Shown: piece by piece, positions 55,875 to 64,000 of the stretch
How positions within the stretch are numbered: position 1 is the stretch's first letter
How the letters are laid out: the number at the start of each line of letters is the position of its first letter
NCBI GenBank assembly: GCA_048268245.1
Contig: JBLWVX010000009.1
Coordinates: 11,368-75,367 of the forward strand
Length of the DNA: 64,000 nt
Source of the DNA: Arcobacteraceae bacterium
Lineage (GTDB): Bacteria; Campylobacterota; Campylobacteria; Campylobacterales; Arcobacteraceae
Direction of reading: 5' to 3'
The notes under the pieces: generated by a model
Database searches by the model: none
What the model was told of the DNA's origin: nothing
The model's input: the letters and a program-made list of their open reading frames with translations, nothing else
Program-made: the position numbers and the translations under genes

Positions 55875-57752
55875 CTAGCCTATTGGATAGATTTCATATC
55901 CATCATCCTCATCATCAAAAGATTTATTTTGCACTTGTTGTTTTTCTTCTATAGTCTCTTTTAAAACTTTTTTTTCAAGTTCAATTGTCTTTTTTTGGTG
56001 TTTTTTAGAACTTTGTTTTCTTCTAATAGACTTCATCTCTTTCTTAGAAGTTTCAACATATTCATGTAACCTATCATAAGCTTCAAAAATATCATGAGGT
56101 TCTAATTCTCTTCCTGTAATAGCTTTTTTTGCCTCAGATATAGATTCTCTTAATTCTTTTAAGTTCATAGCAGGCTTTTTAATATCTGCATAGGGAACAA
56201 TTATATAGTCTTTTATATCTTCATCATAAACATATATTTTACTTATGTCTCTAGGATCTCTTCTACAAATAACCGTATTATTAAATTTAGAGTCTAATTT
56301 CTTATATTGAGTTGGAACTATCCATTTTCTAAGAGTTTCAGAAAAGTAGGTTATATAATCAATTGTAATCCCATTCTTTTGTACCTTTCTCTCAATTGCT
56401 GGAAGCAAAGCCATTCTAAGTTTAATATTATCTACAGGAACTGTAGGTAAAAAAGGTATTCTATTATCTCCTAAGCCAAATACTCCTTGATAAAACTTTT
56501 CCTCTGGAGTCATACCTAAAAAAATATGTTCTGTTTTATGATATATATTTACTAAAAAATCTAAATACCATCTTTCTAATTCACTTATAGTCATACATGC
56601 TTCTTTTTCAGAATTGTATGTACCTTTCTCAAAAATATTTGAACGCGTCGTACCTGGTAATTCATGGGTTTTGTTCATACAAGTACCAATTAATCTTTCA
56701 ATAATCCCACCAAAGTGACTTCTTCCAACAGGTCTATAGACATCAGTTATTCTAAATTCTTGACAAAAACTTTGTAAACTTACACTCCTAAACTCTTTTG
56801 CATTATCCATTGATACTAATCTTGGTAAACCATATACTGGCCACTCTCCTGAGATATTATTCTCTTTTAAAATTTCATCTTTAGGTAGTATTGCATGTAA
56901 AAGGCATTGTCCTGCACTAAAATAATTAACAGGTTCCAATGAAATATAAAAACCATAAACCATTCTACTAAATACATCTATTGCAACTGTTATATTTGGT
57001 CTTCCTATACTTTGCCTTGTTTCTTCATCTACTAAAATTACATCAACTTTTGTATGATCAATTTGAATTACATCTAAAGGCATTTTTACATCAGGAAATG
57101 TTCCTGGCATACCTCTTGTTTCATTTACTTTCATACCACGTCTTCTTTTAGCTACAAGTTTAGGATGAATTTTATCAATCTTATTTCTAATTGTATTCTT
57201 TGTAGGTGGAGTTTCACCTAAGTTTTTACACCCTTTAACAACTTCTCTATAGATTGTAGACAAAGGGAATTGTTGTTTTGTCAAATAAAACTCTTCAATT
57301 ACTGAATCTATTACAGCGTCAACCGAACTAGTTAATCTACTTTTACCTTTACCACCACAATTTTCTCTTTTAGTAGATAAAGAACTAACTACCCCTGACT
57401 TTTCAAAAGCTGTAAGCCATCTGTAAATCGTAGCAATACCTTTTTTATGTTGTTTTGCTATTGATTCAACATCTTTAGCTGTTCTATTTTCTAATTCTAA
57501 AAGAGGTTCAATAATCTTATATCTTTCTAAAGCCTTGTCAAAGTCTTTTTTATCTATTTCTACCAGTGACTTTATAGGTTCTTTTTCATTATTAGCATCT
57601 TTAATTAACTCATTTACTTTTACTATTTTCTCAGTATATGGAGTAATTGTTTCTTTTAATAAAACTTCTGTGAATGAAGGAAAACCTTTTACAATATACT
57701 CTTTCTGATCAAATACAATTTTTGAATCTATATCAAATCTTATAACACCCAT
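55875..57752 (-). CDS. tnsB: TnsB/TniA DDE transposase
   Basis: HTH ATIYRWL; QIDHT, IDVFSRM, MDNAKEF, IERL catalytic motifs; RDPRDISKIYV. Confidence 0.93.
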   Translation of the reverse strand: MGVIRFDIDSKIVFDQKEYIVKGFPSFTEVLLKETITPYTEKIVKVNELIKDANNEKEPIKSLVEIDKKDFDKALERYKIIEPLLELENRTAKDVESIAKQHKKGIATIYRWLTAFEKSGVVSSLSTKRENCGGKGKSRLTSSVDAVIDSVIEEFYLTKQQFPLSTIYREVVKGCKNLGETPPTKNTIRNKIDKIHPKLVAKRRRGMKVNETRGMPGTFPDVKMPLDVIQIDHTKVDVILVDEETRQSIGRPNITVAIDVFSRMVYGFYISLEPVNYFSAGQCLLHAILPKDEILKENNISGEWPVYGLPRLVSMDNAKEFRSVSLQSFCQEFRITDVYRPVGRSHFGGIIERLIGTCMNKTHELPGTTRSNIFEKGTYNSEKEACMTISELERWYLDFLVNIYHKTEHIFLGMTPEEKFYQGVFGLGDNRIPFLPTVPVDNIKLRMALLPAIERKVQKNGITIDYITYFSETLRKWIVPTQYKKLDSKFNNTVICRRDPRDISKIYVYDEDIKDYIIVPYADIKKPAMNLKELRESISEAKKAITGRELEPHDIFEAYDRLHEYVETSKKEMKSIRRKQSSKKHQKKTIELEKKVLKETIEEKQQVQNKSFDDEDDGYEIYPIG

Positions 57753-58414
57753 TACGCTAACTCCACATAAGAATCCATAGATAGTTCTTCATTGTTAATG
57801 TCTGTTTTTAATTTATCATTTGCCACCATACTCCAAATAGTATTTGAAATTATTGAGTACTCAGAGATAGAACTAGTAATATTTGAAACCAAATCTTTCG
57901 CTTTTATTTTTTTTAGTTCATATACTTTATGTAATATAATCTCTTCATATTTATTGTTTAAAGGATTTGTTTTATATCTATATAAAAAATCTAAATTAAA
58001 AAGTTCTACTTCTGAGTAGTTCTCATCAGTAAAAATCTCAAAATCCATATTTAATTCATCTGTAGCAATCTTTATAGCTTCAAACTTATCTTCTAATTCA
58101 TCTTTTTTCTTTTTAAGTTCAGAAACATATTTGGCTTCAACTATTACATCTTTTTTATCAGAGTTTTCAACTCTTCGTATATAACAATCTGCACTATATA
58201 TTTTTACTTTTCCATTTCTTAGTATCTCTATTTGAGGTTGTTCTTGATAAGAGTATACAGAATCATCAAACTCTAAAGTTAAAAATAAAAAACTTTCAAG
58301 CTTTGATTCAAAAGCTATTGATTTATTATTCTTTATACTTGGAAAATGTCCCGTAATGGAACGATAGTTCTTTTTTATTTTTCTTTGATTAAATGTTATA
58401 TGGGTATCACACAT
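57752..58414 (-). CDS. tnsA: TnsA endonuclease
   Basis: RKI...SITG.FPS.K...FESKLE...LEFD...QEQP...YSAD...VEAK; stop overlaps the tnsB start. Confidence 0.9.
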   Translation of the reverse strand: MCDTHITFNQRKIKKNYRSITGHFPSIKNNKSIAFESKLESFLFLTLEFDDSVYSYQEQPQIEILRNGKVKIYSADCYIRRVENSDKKDVIVEAKYVSELKKKKDELEDKFEAIKIATDELNMDFEIFTDENYSEVELFNLDFLYRYKTNPLNNKYEEIILHKVYELKKIKAKDLVSNITSSISEYSIISNTIWSMVANDKLKTDINNEELSMDSYVELA

Positions 58415-58524
58415 AGCTATTCCATATTATGGTTTTATTTATTATATATCAAACTATCTTTTATTTATATTTTAAAAAAAATCTTCGTATTATCAAATAT
58501 TAAATTATAAATAAATCATATAAG

Positions 58525-58558
58525 TTAAAATTTGTTATAATAAAATAACAAATTTTAA
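58525..58558. promoter_or_regulatory. Perfect 14-bp inverted repeat overlapping an extended -10 box
   Basis: TTAAAATTTGTTAT-AATAAA-ATAACAAATTTTAA; contains TGTTATAAT (58533-58541), abuts SD AAGGAG. Confidence 0.6.
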
Positions 58559-58567
58559 GGAGAGTAA

Positions 58568-61060
58568 TTGAGCCTAGAAAAATCATTAGCTACATTAGAA
58601 AGATTGAATGCTAAATATAAAAATTCTGCAATGAATGAATCAGATACTCGTTTTCAAATAATTGATAAAATAATAAAAGAAACTTTTTTTTGGCCAGAAT
58701 CTTCTATTAAAACTGAAAGCCATACAAATGAAGGATATACTGATTATCAACTTAAAGAGAAAAATAAAACCTATTTAGTTATTGAAGCAAAAAAGCAAAA
58801 AATAAAGTTCAACTTCTCTGAGTATAAAGAAATGTCAAATAATAAAATTAAAGTAAAAATTTTATTAAAAGATTCTCAGACAGCAAAAACAATAAAACAA
58901 GTAAAAGATTATTGTAATGATATAGGATGTAATTATGCTTGTATAACCAATGGCCATGAGTGGGCTTTTTTTCGGACATATATTGATGGTGAAAGTTGGC
59001 AAGATGGGAATGCATATATTATAAAAGATTTAGATGACTTTATAAATAAATTTGATGAAATCAATAAATATTTTACTTATAATAAAATAGTTAAAAACTT
59101 TTCATTTAAAAAGTTATTTGAAGGAGGAGACTATAGCTCAACAGAAAGATATGAACCTAAAAGACACATAAAAGGTTACACAGAGCAAATTGAAAATAAT
59201 CATATAACTGTTCAAATTAAAGGATATGTTGATAAATACTTTGGAGAAATACGAATCGATGATGATGAACTATTAGAAAAATGCTATGTAGAAGAAAGAG
59301 GTTATACGATAAATTTTGATAAACTTGTTTCATTACTTGAAGACTCATTATCTCCATATATGAAAAATATAGGTTTACAAAATATAATCAATAATCAAAA
59401 TAATAATTCTCTAAGTGATAAAATTGTAGAAATAATAAAAAAAGAAAAAAAGTCAAAAGTTTTAATTTTATTTGGAGGAAAAGGTTCAGGTAAAACTACT
59501 TTTTTAGTAAGTCTATTTAACAATAAAAAGAATAAGGCTATTAATCAGCAAAGTATTATAGCAAATATAAATCTTCTAAGAGTAGCAAATGATAAAGAGG
59601 CAATAAAAAATGAGATTTTAACTCAACTTATCACAAAACTTGATGTAGATAAAAAATTATCAGGAACAAATCAAGATTTAGAGGAATTGTTTTTTGATAA
59701 ATTTGATGTAGAATTAAAACAATCATTAGAAAATGAAGATCGTAAAAGTGACTACTTTAAAAAAAGAAGAAGTCACTTATTTTCAGAATATAAAAAAGAC
59801 TATATGTATTGTTTAAAAAGATTAGCCTATTTATTAAGAAACAAAAATAAAGCAATTATTATCAATATTGACAACACAGATCAACTTGATCAAGACTTAC
59901 AAGATTATTGTTTTAGCTTATCCAATCAATTATCTGAAAAATTATATTGTATTACAATTATTTCATTAAGAGAAGAAAGATATATAACATCAAGTATCGA
60001 AGGATATTTAGATGCATATGAAAAGAATGGTTTTCATATCAGTTCACCAAATCCCCAACAAGTATTTCTAAAAAGACTACATTTTATACGGGAGAAAATA
60101 AATACAGAAAATAAAATAAAAACTAAATATAAAACAGATATTAATAAATTCTTTCATGTATTAGAAAAAAATTTAGAAAATGAGAAGAGTGAATTTAATA
60201 CTTTTATGACTGCTGCAACACACGGTAATATTAGACAAGGACTTGAACTTTTCAAACATATTTTATTCTCTAGATATACCCATCTTAATGAAATGATTAA
60301 TGATGAAGAGTGGTACATATCATTACATCAAATTTTAAAGCCTATAATGATCCCTATTTATAGATTTTATGATGAAACTACATCTAATTCTATTCCAAAT
60401 ATATTCAGACTAAGAAGTGAATCTAATAGCTCTCATTTTACAGCCTATAGAATATTATCAAAGTTATCAAAGAAAAATGACAGTTACATCTCAATCTATG
60501 AAATAAAATCGTATTTCATTGACACATTTAATATGGAAGATGATTTTAAAGAAAACATTGATATTTTATTAAAAATGGGAATGATTGAGTCTGAAAACGG
60601 CCTTGATAAATACCAAGAGGATTTACAAAAGATTAAAATATCATCATTTGGGTATCATACATATAATATCATTTGTAAAGATTTTACTTATCTAGAGTTA
60701 ATTGCATCTGATTTAATCTATTTAGATAAACAAACTAACAATACAATAATTAGTTACTCAAATAAAGAATACGATTTGATAAAGAAAGGACAAGATAGAA
60801 ATATAACCTCAAAAGAACAAGATGAATATAGATTTAAAAGAGTAAAAGTTAGAGTGTCTAAAGTGAAAAAATTAATTCAATATTTAAAAGAACAAGAGAA
60901 TCTAGAAATATCTAAATATGAATTAAATAAACAAGAAATAATTAGTGAAAAAATTGATAAATCTGTATCAAGTCAAATAGATAATAGAGTTTTAAAAAGT
61001 GCAAGAAAAAATTTAAATATTTCAGAAGAAAAAACTAAAAATGGTATTACGAAACTCTAA
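58568..61060 (+). CDS. HsdR_N-type nuclease fused to a P-loop ATPase (candidate defence protein)
   Basis: NESDTR...YTDY...IEAKK...QVKDY...TNGHEW nuclease domain; GGKGSGKTT Walker A; INIDNTDQ Walker B; GNIRQGL. Confidence 0.78.
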   Translation: MSLEKSLATLERLNAKYKNSAMNESDTRFQIIDKIIKETFFWPESSIKTESHTNEGYTDYQLKEKNKTYLVIEAKKQKIKFNFSEYKEMSNNKIKVKILLKDSQTAKTIKQVKDYCNDIGCNYACITNGHEWAFFRTYIDGESWQDGNAYIIKDLDDFINKFDEINKYFTYNKIVKNFSFKKLFEGGDYSSTERYEPKRHIKGYTEQIENNHITVQIKGYVDKYFGEIRIDDDELLEKCYVEERGYTINFDKLVSLLEDSLSPYMKNIGLQNIINNQNNNSLSDKIVEIIKKEKKSKVLILFGGKGSGKTTFLVSLFNNKKNKAINQQSIIANINLLRVANDKEAIKNEILTQLITKLDVDKKLSGTNQDLEELFFDKFDVELKQSLENEDRKSDYFKKRRSHLFSEYKKDYMYCLKRLAYLLRNKNKAIIINIDNTDQLDQDLQDYCFSLSNQLSEKLYCITIISLREERYITSSIEGYLDAYEKNGFHISSPNPQQVFLKRLHFIREKINTENKIKTKYKTDINKFFHVLEKNLENEKSEFNTFMTAATHGNIRQGLELFKHILFSRYTHLNEMINDEEWYISLHQILKPIMIPIYRFYDETTSNSIPNIFRLRSESNSSHFTAYRILSKLSKKNDSYISIYEIKSYFIDTFNMEDDFKENIDILLKMGMIESENGLDKYQEDLQKIKISSFGYHTYNIICKDFTYLELIASDLIYLDKQTNNTIISYSNKEYDLIKKGQDRNITSKEQDEYRFKRVKVRVSKVKKLIQYLKEQENLEISKYELNKQEIISEKIDKSVSSQIDNRVLKSARKNLNISEEKTKNGITKL

Positions 61061-61165
61061 AAAACACTATTACAATGAAGTTTTAGACTAGTTTTATAAA
61101 AGATGAGAATATTAAAGTTTTCAAGTTATAAGTAATTCAAATAGTATTCTTATATTATTGATATT

Positions 61166-62668
61166 TTACTTCTCTTCTTTTATTTCTGTAATAGTTATGG
61201 ATTCATTAAAAATATAATTAAAAGCTTTATTGCTATTCCAACTAATAATAGACATAAATATATATAATAAACTTACTACAAATAAAACTATTTTAAAATT
61301 AAGTTTTGCGCTTGATAATGCATTTCTTATATGCTCTTTTAATTCTTGTGCAGACATATGATTACGTACTATGTTCTTCCAGGATATTATTAGTTTTTCT
61401 GCTTGTTTAACTACAAATATAAAATGCCATAACCTTAAAAGTAATGAAAAAGCTAAATAAATAGCAAATGCTTTAAAAAAAATATCTGCTTCTTTTGAAA
61501 AAAGCAAATTCTCATTTACTATTTTTTTTGAAACTACTCCAACTGTTAAGATAAATGCAAAGGTCAATATATCTCGTAAAAAGCTAAGTATATACTCGTT
61601 TGTACTTGATATATATTTATCTATTACTCCCACTATGTCTTTTTGTAATTCAGATAGCTCTTTTGTATATTCAGCTTTTCTATCCAATACTACATATTTA
61701 TATCTAGATTTAGCTTCATTAAAAGCTGTATTTATTTTGTTTTTAACTACACCTAATAAACAACTCTTTTCATCTATATCCAAACTTAACCTATCTACGA
61801 GTAATAAAATTCTTGTTGTCTCATCATTTTCAGCATAACACCAAGATACAACCTCCACTAAAGTTTCAATACTTTCTTTATCAATAGATACTTCTCTATT
61901 GTCAGACATTTTAACTTCAATTCTTTTTTTGCCATTCAATATTATCTTATTATCATTGTAGTATTCCTGTACAACTGTATATAAAAGAGATTTTGCTGAT
62001 GCTACATGAAATTTAGTTGCTAGCTCACAATTAATATCACCCCATGTAATTAAAAAGTTCTCAGGTGAAAAATCTACAACATCAGAAGAAATAAAGTGAA
62101 CAGTTTTTTGGATTTTTCCAATACTTGGTAATTTAGTTGAATTTAACCAACCATAGACTGATAAATCAGTAAATCTTTTACTCAAAGGTATTATTGCAAT
62201 TCTTGGACCACCAAAAAAATGTTCTAAATCATAAACATAGATCTTATGTGGAATATAGGCTGTTAAAAAGCCTTGTTCTATTGGATTAGCTAAACCTGAA
62301 GCTTTTTCTAACCATTGTGAAAAATATTCTTTATCAAAAAACAATAACTCTTTTATGTCTTCTGAGGTAGAACTATTATTTAATAACTGTTGTTTATCAC
62401 CTATTGAAAGTTCCCATTTTTTGCTTCCTTTAAATGATAAACTATCCCAGTCTTCTTCAACTTCATCTAATATAAATAAAAACGATTTTTCTAACTTTGA
62501 GGTAATTATATATTCTTTTAACTCACATATTATAGATACTATTTCATCATTTATTTGACCAGAATAATTAATTCCATTTGTGGTCTCTTTTTTATTATCT
62601 TTATCTTTAATATGATTTCTTATTTTCTCTAGTATAAATCCAAGATCGTTTAAATTTAAATTTTCCAT
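61166..62668 (-). CDS. Hypothetical protein with C-terminal transmembrane helices
   Basis: Large soluble N-terminal region, coiled coil, then about 3 hydrophobic helices; start overlaps the upstream stop (TAATG). Confidence 0.75.
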   Translation of the reverse strand: MENLNLNDLGFILEKIRNHIKDKDNKKETTNGINYSGQINDEIVSIICELKEYIITSKLEKSFLFILDEVEEDWDSLSFKGSKKWELSIGDKQQLLNNSSTSEDIKELLFFDKEYFSQWLEKASGLANPIEQGFLTAYIPHKIYVYDLEHFFGGPRIAIIPLSKRFTDLSVYGWLNSTKLPSIGKIQKTVHFISSDVVDFSPENFLITWGDINCELATKFHVASAKSLLYTVVQEYYNDNKIILNGKKRIEVKMSDNREVSIDKESIETLVEVVSWCYAENDETTRILLLVDRLSLDIDEKSCLLGVVKNKINTAFNEAKSRYKYVVLDRKAEYTKELSELQKDIVGVIDKYISSTNEYILSFLRDILTFAFILTVGVVSKKIVNENLLFSKEADIFFKAFAIYLAFSLLLRLWHFIFVVKQAEKLIISWKNIVRNHMSAQELKEHIRNALSSAKLNFKIVLFVVSLLYIFMSIISWNSNKAFNYIFNESITITEIKEEK

Positions 62669-63780
62669 TATTCTTTTTCAGTTATTTTATTTGCAATGAT
62701 CGTAATTTTAACTGCGCCATCTGGCATGACTTCTTTCTTAAGTTGATTTGTACTTCTTTGTCCATCCCAAATAATTTGAATACCAGTATCTGTTTCCCAA
62801 ATACCTTTTCTAGATCTTCCAGGTATACTTTTAGGTTTAGGAGAAAAAGATATTCCTTTTAGCCCTTTATCTGCCATATATTCATCAAAATCATCTTTCA
62901 TCTGATCACTTTTTTTAGAGTCTTCATGTCTACAGATTATATCTTTAAACTCATCATAATCTAATTGTTTGTCTTCGTATGCATCTATATAACTTATTAC
63001 TGAATGTCTAATATCAGCAGGTGTTCTATTACCTTTATCACCTTCATAAGATTTCGCCCATGCATGACATTCTGTAACTATCTTTTTAGTTAATGAAGAA
63101 TCATTTTGTTTTAATCTTATACCCATAAAATTCTTAAAGTAATCAGTAATAGCTATTTCAGTATCTAAAAAAGCTCCTGTTTTTTTTCTTTCTACTGCTA
63201 GAACATCCCATTCAAATTCATTCCCAATATTAACTAATGCTCTTTTTTGGACAGATGTTTTTTGCTCAGATAAAGCTTCTAATACTTCTTCTAGTTCAAC
63301 AACACTTCCATTTTTATGAGCTCTATGTTGTCTCATAACAGGTGTATAATCTAACTTAAGTAAAGCAAGAAATGAAACTCTATCTATATTTACAGGTATA
63401 GTCACTCTTGCGACAATTAATACTCCATCAGACATACTTCCTCCTGTATGCCGAGATAAAAAGTCTTGTGCTAGTAGTCTCGATACTTTTACAAAATTTT
63501 TATCTGGACTTTTAATTATACTCTCGCAATTTTTTTGGAAAGGTGTAGTATTATCATTCTTATCTACACTTTTTAAATCATTTATAAATTTATATTGTGT
63601 ACCTTGACCTGTTTCAGCAATAATTTTCCTAAAAAATTCTTTTTGTCGATCATTAGCTAAGTGTACTTCCTCTAAATACTCTGGTTTTTCTTCATCTTTT
63701 TTTATTATATGATATATGAAGTTTTCTACTTGAAGTTGACTTTTCTGTTCTTCACTTAAAACACTATCTCTTCCTCTCAT
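62668..63780 (-). CDS. YejK/NA37 nucleoid-associated family protein
   Basis: FIYHII, SDGVLIV, LALLKLD, VQKRAL, YFKNFMG pattern typical of the NA37 family. Confidence 0.72.
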   Translation of the reverse strand: MRGRDSVLSEEQKSQLQVENFIYHIIKKDEEKPEYLEEVHLANDRQKEFFRKIIAETGQGTQYKFINDLKSVDKNDNTTPFQKNCESIIKSPDKNFVKVSRLLAQDFLSRHTGGSMSDGVLIVARVTIPVNIDRVSFLALLKLDYTPVMRQHRAHKNGSVVELEEVLEALSEQKTSVQKRALVNIGNEFEWDVLAVERKKTGAFLDTEIAITDYFKNFMGIRLKQNDSSLTKKIVTECHAWAKSYEGDKGNRTPADIRHSVISYIDAYEDKQLDYDEFKDIICRHEDSKKSDQMKDDFDEYMADKGLKGISFSPKPKSIPGRSRKGIWETDTGIQIIWDGQRSTNQLKKEVMPDGAVKITIIANKITEKE

Positions 63781-63926
63781 TTACACTATCCTTATTTTAA
63801 TTAAAGCCATTATATCTAATATAAAGTTATATAATAATTACTATATTTAATATTATTAATACTCTTCATAAATATTTTTTGATATAATAAATAATAGATA
63901 ATAAAGAATTATTATGAAGGTAGATA

Positions 63927-64000
63927 ATGACGAAACTGACAAAAAAAGATTTAAATAAAAATTTACATAAAGCAAAAGCTAATAAAAAAGATGAATTTTA
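63927..64000 (+). CDS. EcoRI-family adenine-specific methyltransferase, N-terminus (truncated by window)
   Basis: MTKLTKKDLNKNLHKAKANKKDEF(Y) resembles the LHKAK...DEFYT N-terminal signature of M.EcoRI; AAGGT SD upstream. Confidence 0.72.
   Translation, partial: MTKLTKKDLNKNLHKAKANKKDEF

Larger units (their letters stand above)
47798..64000. mobile_element. Tn7-like transposon (TnsA/B/C/TniQ plus TnsE-like gene and defence cargo) inserted at the 3' end of mnmG; other end not in window
   Basis: TGT terminus with tandem TnsB-type repeats at 47798; tnsABC-tniQ at 53821-58414; abrupt switch from housekeeping to accessory genes. Confidence 0.85.

Noticed and set aside
58545..58555. ATAACA upstream of tnsA as the second transposon end
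   Set aside because: Followed by AATTT rather than the predicted TSD TTAAA, does not match TTTTCACA, and lacks an adjacent TnsB site
61311..61320. CTTGATAATG matching the third end repeat
   Set aside because: Isolated, inside a coding sequence and expected by chance

Overview
AT-rich chromosomal window from a Campylobacterota bacterium, most likely Arcobacteraceae (inferred from gene content and order). About 1-47.8 kb is housekeeping: pseC(partial)-pseB, recA-eno-ftsB-like-AMIN, antiporter, bioB, topA, murB, mqnD, an epsilonproteobacterial-type nuo operon with NuoE/F replaced by two short proteins, AAA ATPase, Sel1 lipoproteins, nfo, NDH-2-like oxidoreductase, queH-lpxB-fabZ-lpxA-clpX-mreB-mreC, DMT/AraC, riboflavin synthase and mnmG. 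From 47798 to the window end lies an apparent Tn7-like transposon inserted in the last codons of mnmG. A TGT-initiated end with three tandem ~20-bp TnsB-type sites supplies mnmG's last four codons and its stop. It is followed by a divergent TnsE-like gene, an N6-MTase/nuclease pair with a divergent HTH, an internal, oppositely oriented tnsA-tnsB-tnsC(TniB-type)-tniQ core, and further defence-like cargo (HsdR_N nuclease-ATPase, YejK/NA37 plus membrane protein pair, start of an EcoRI-family MTase). No second transposon end, CRISPR array, cas gene, tRNA or rRNA was recognised in the window. All family calls come from motif recognition by eye; no searches were run.
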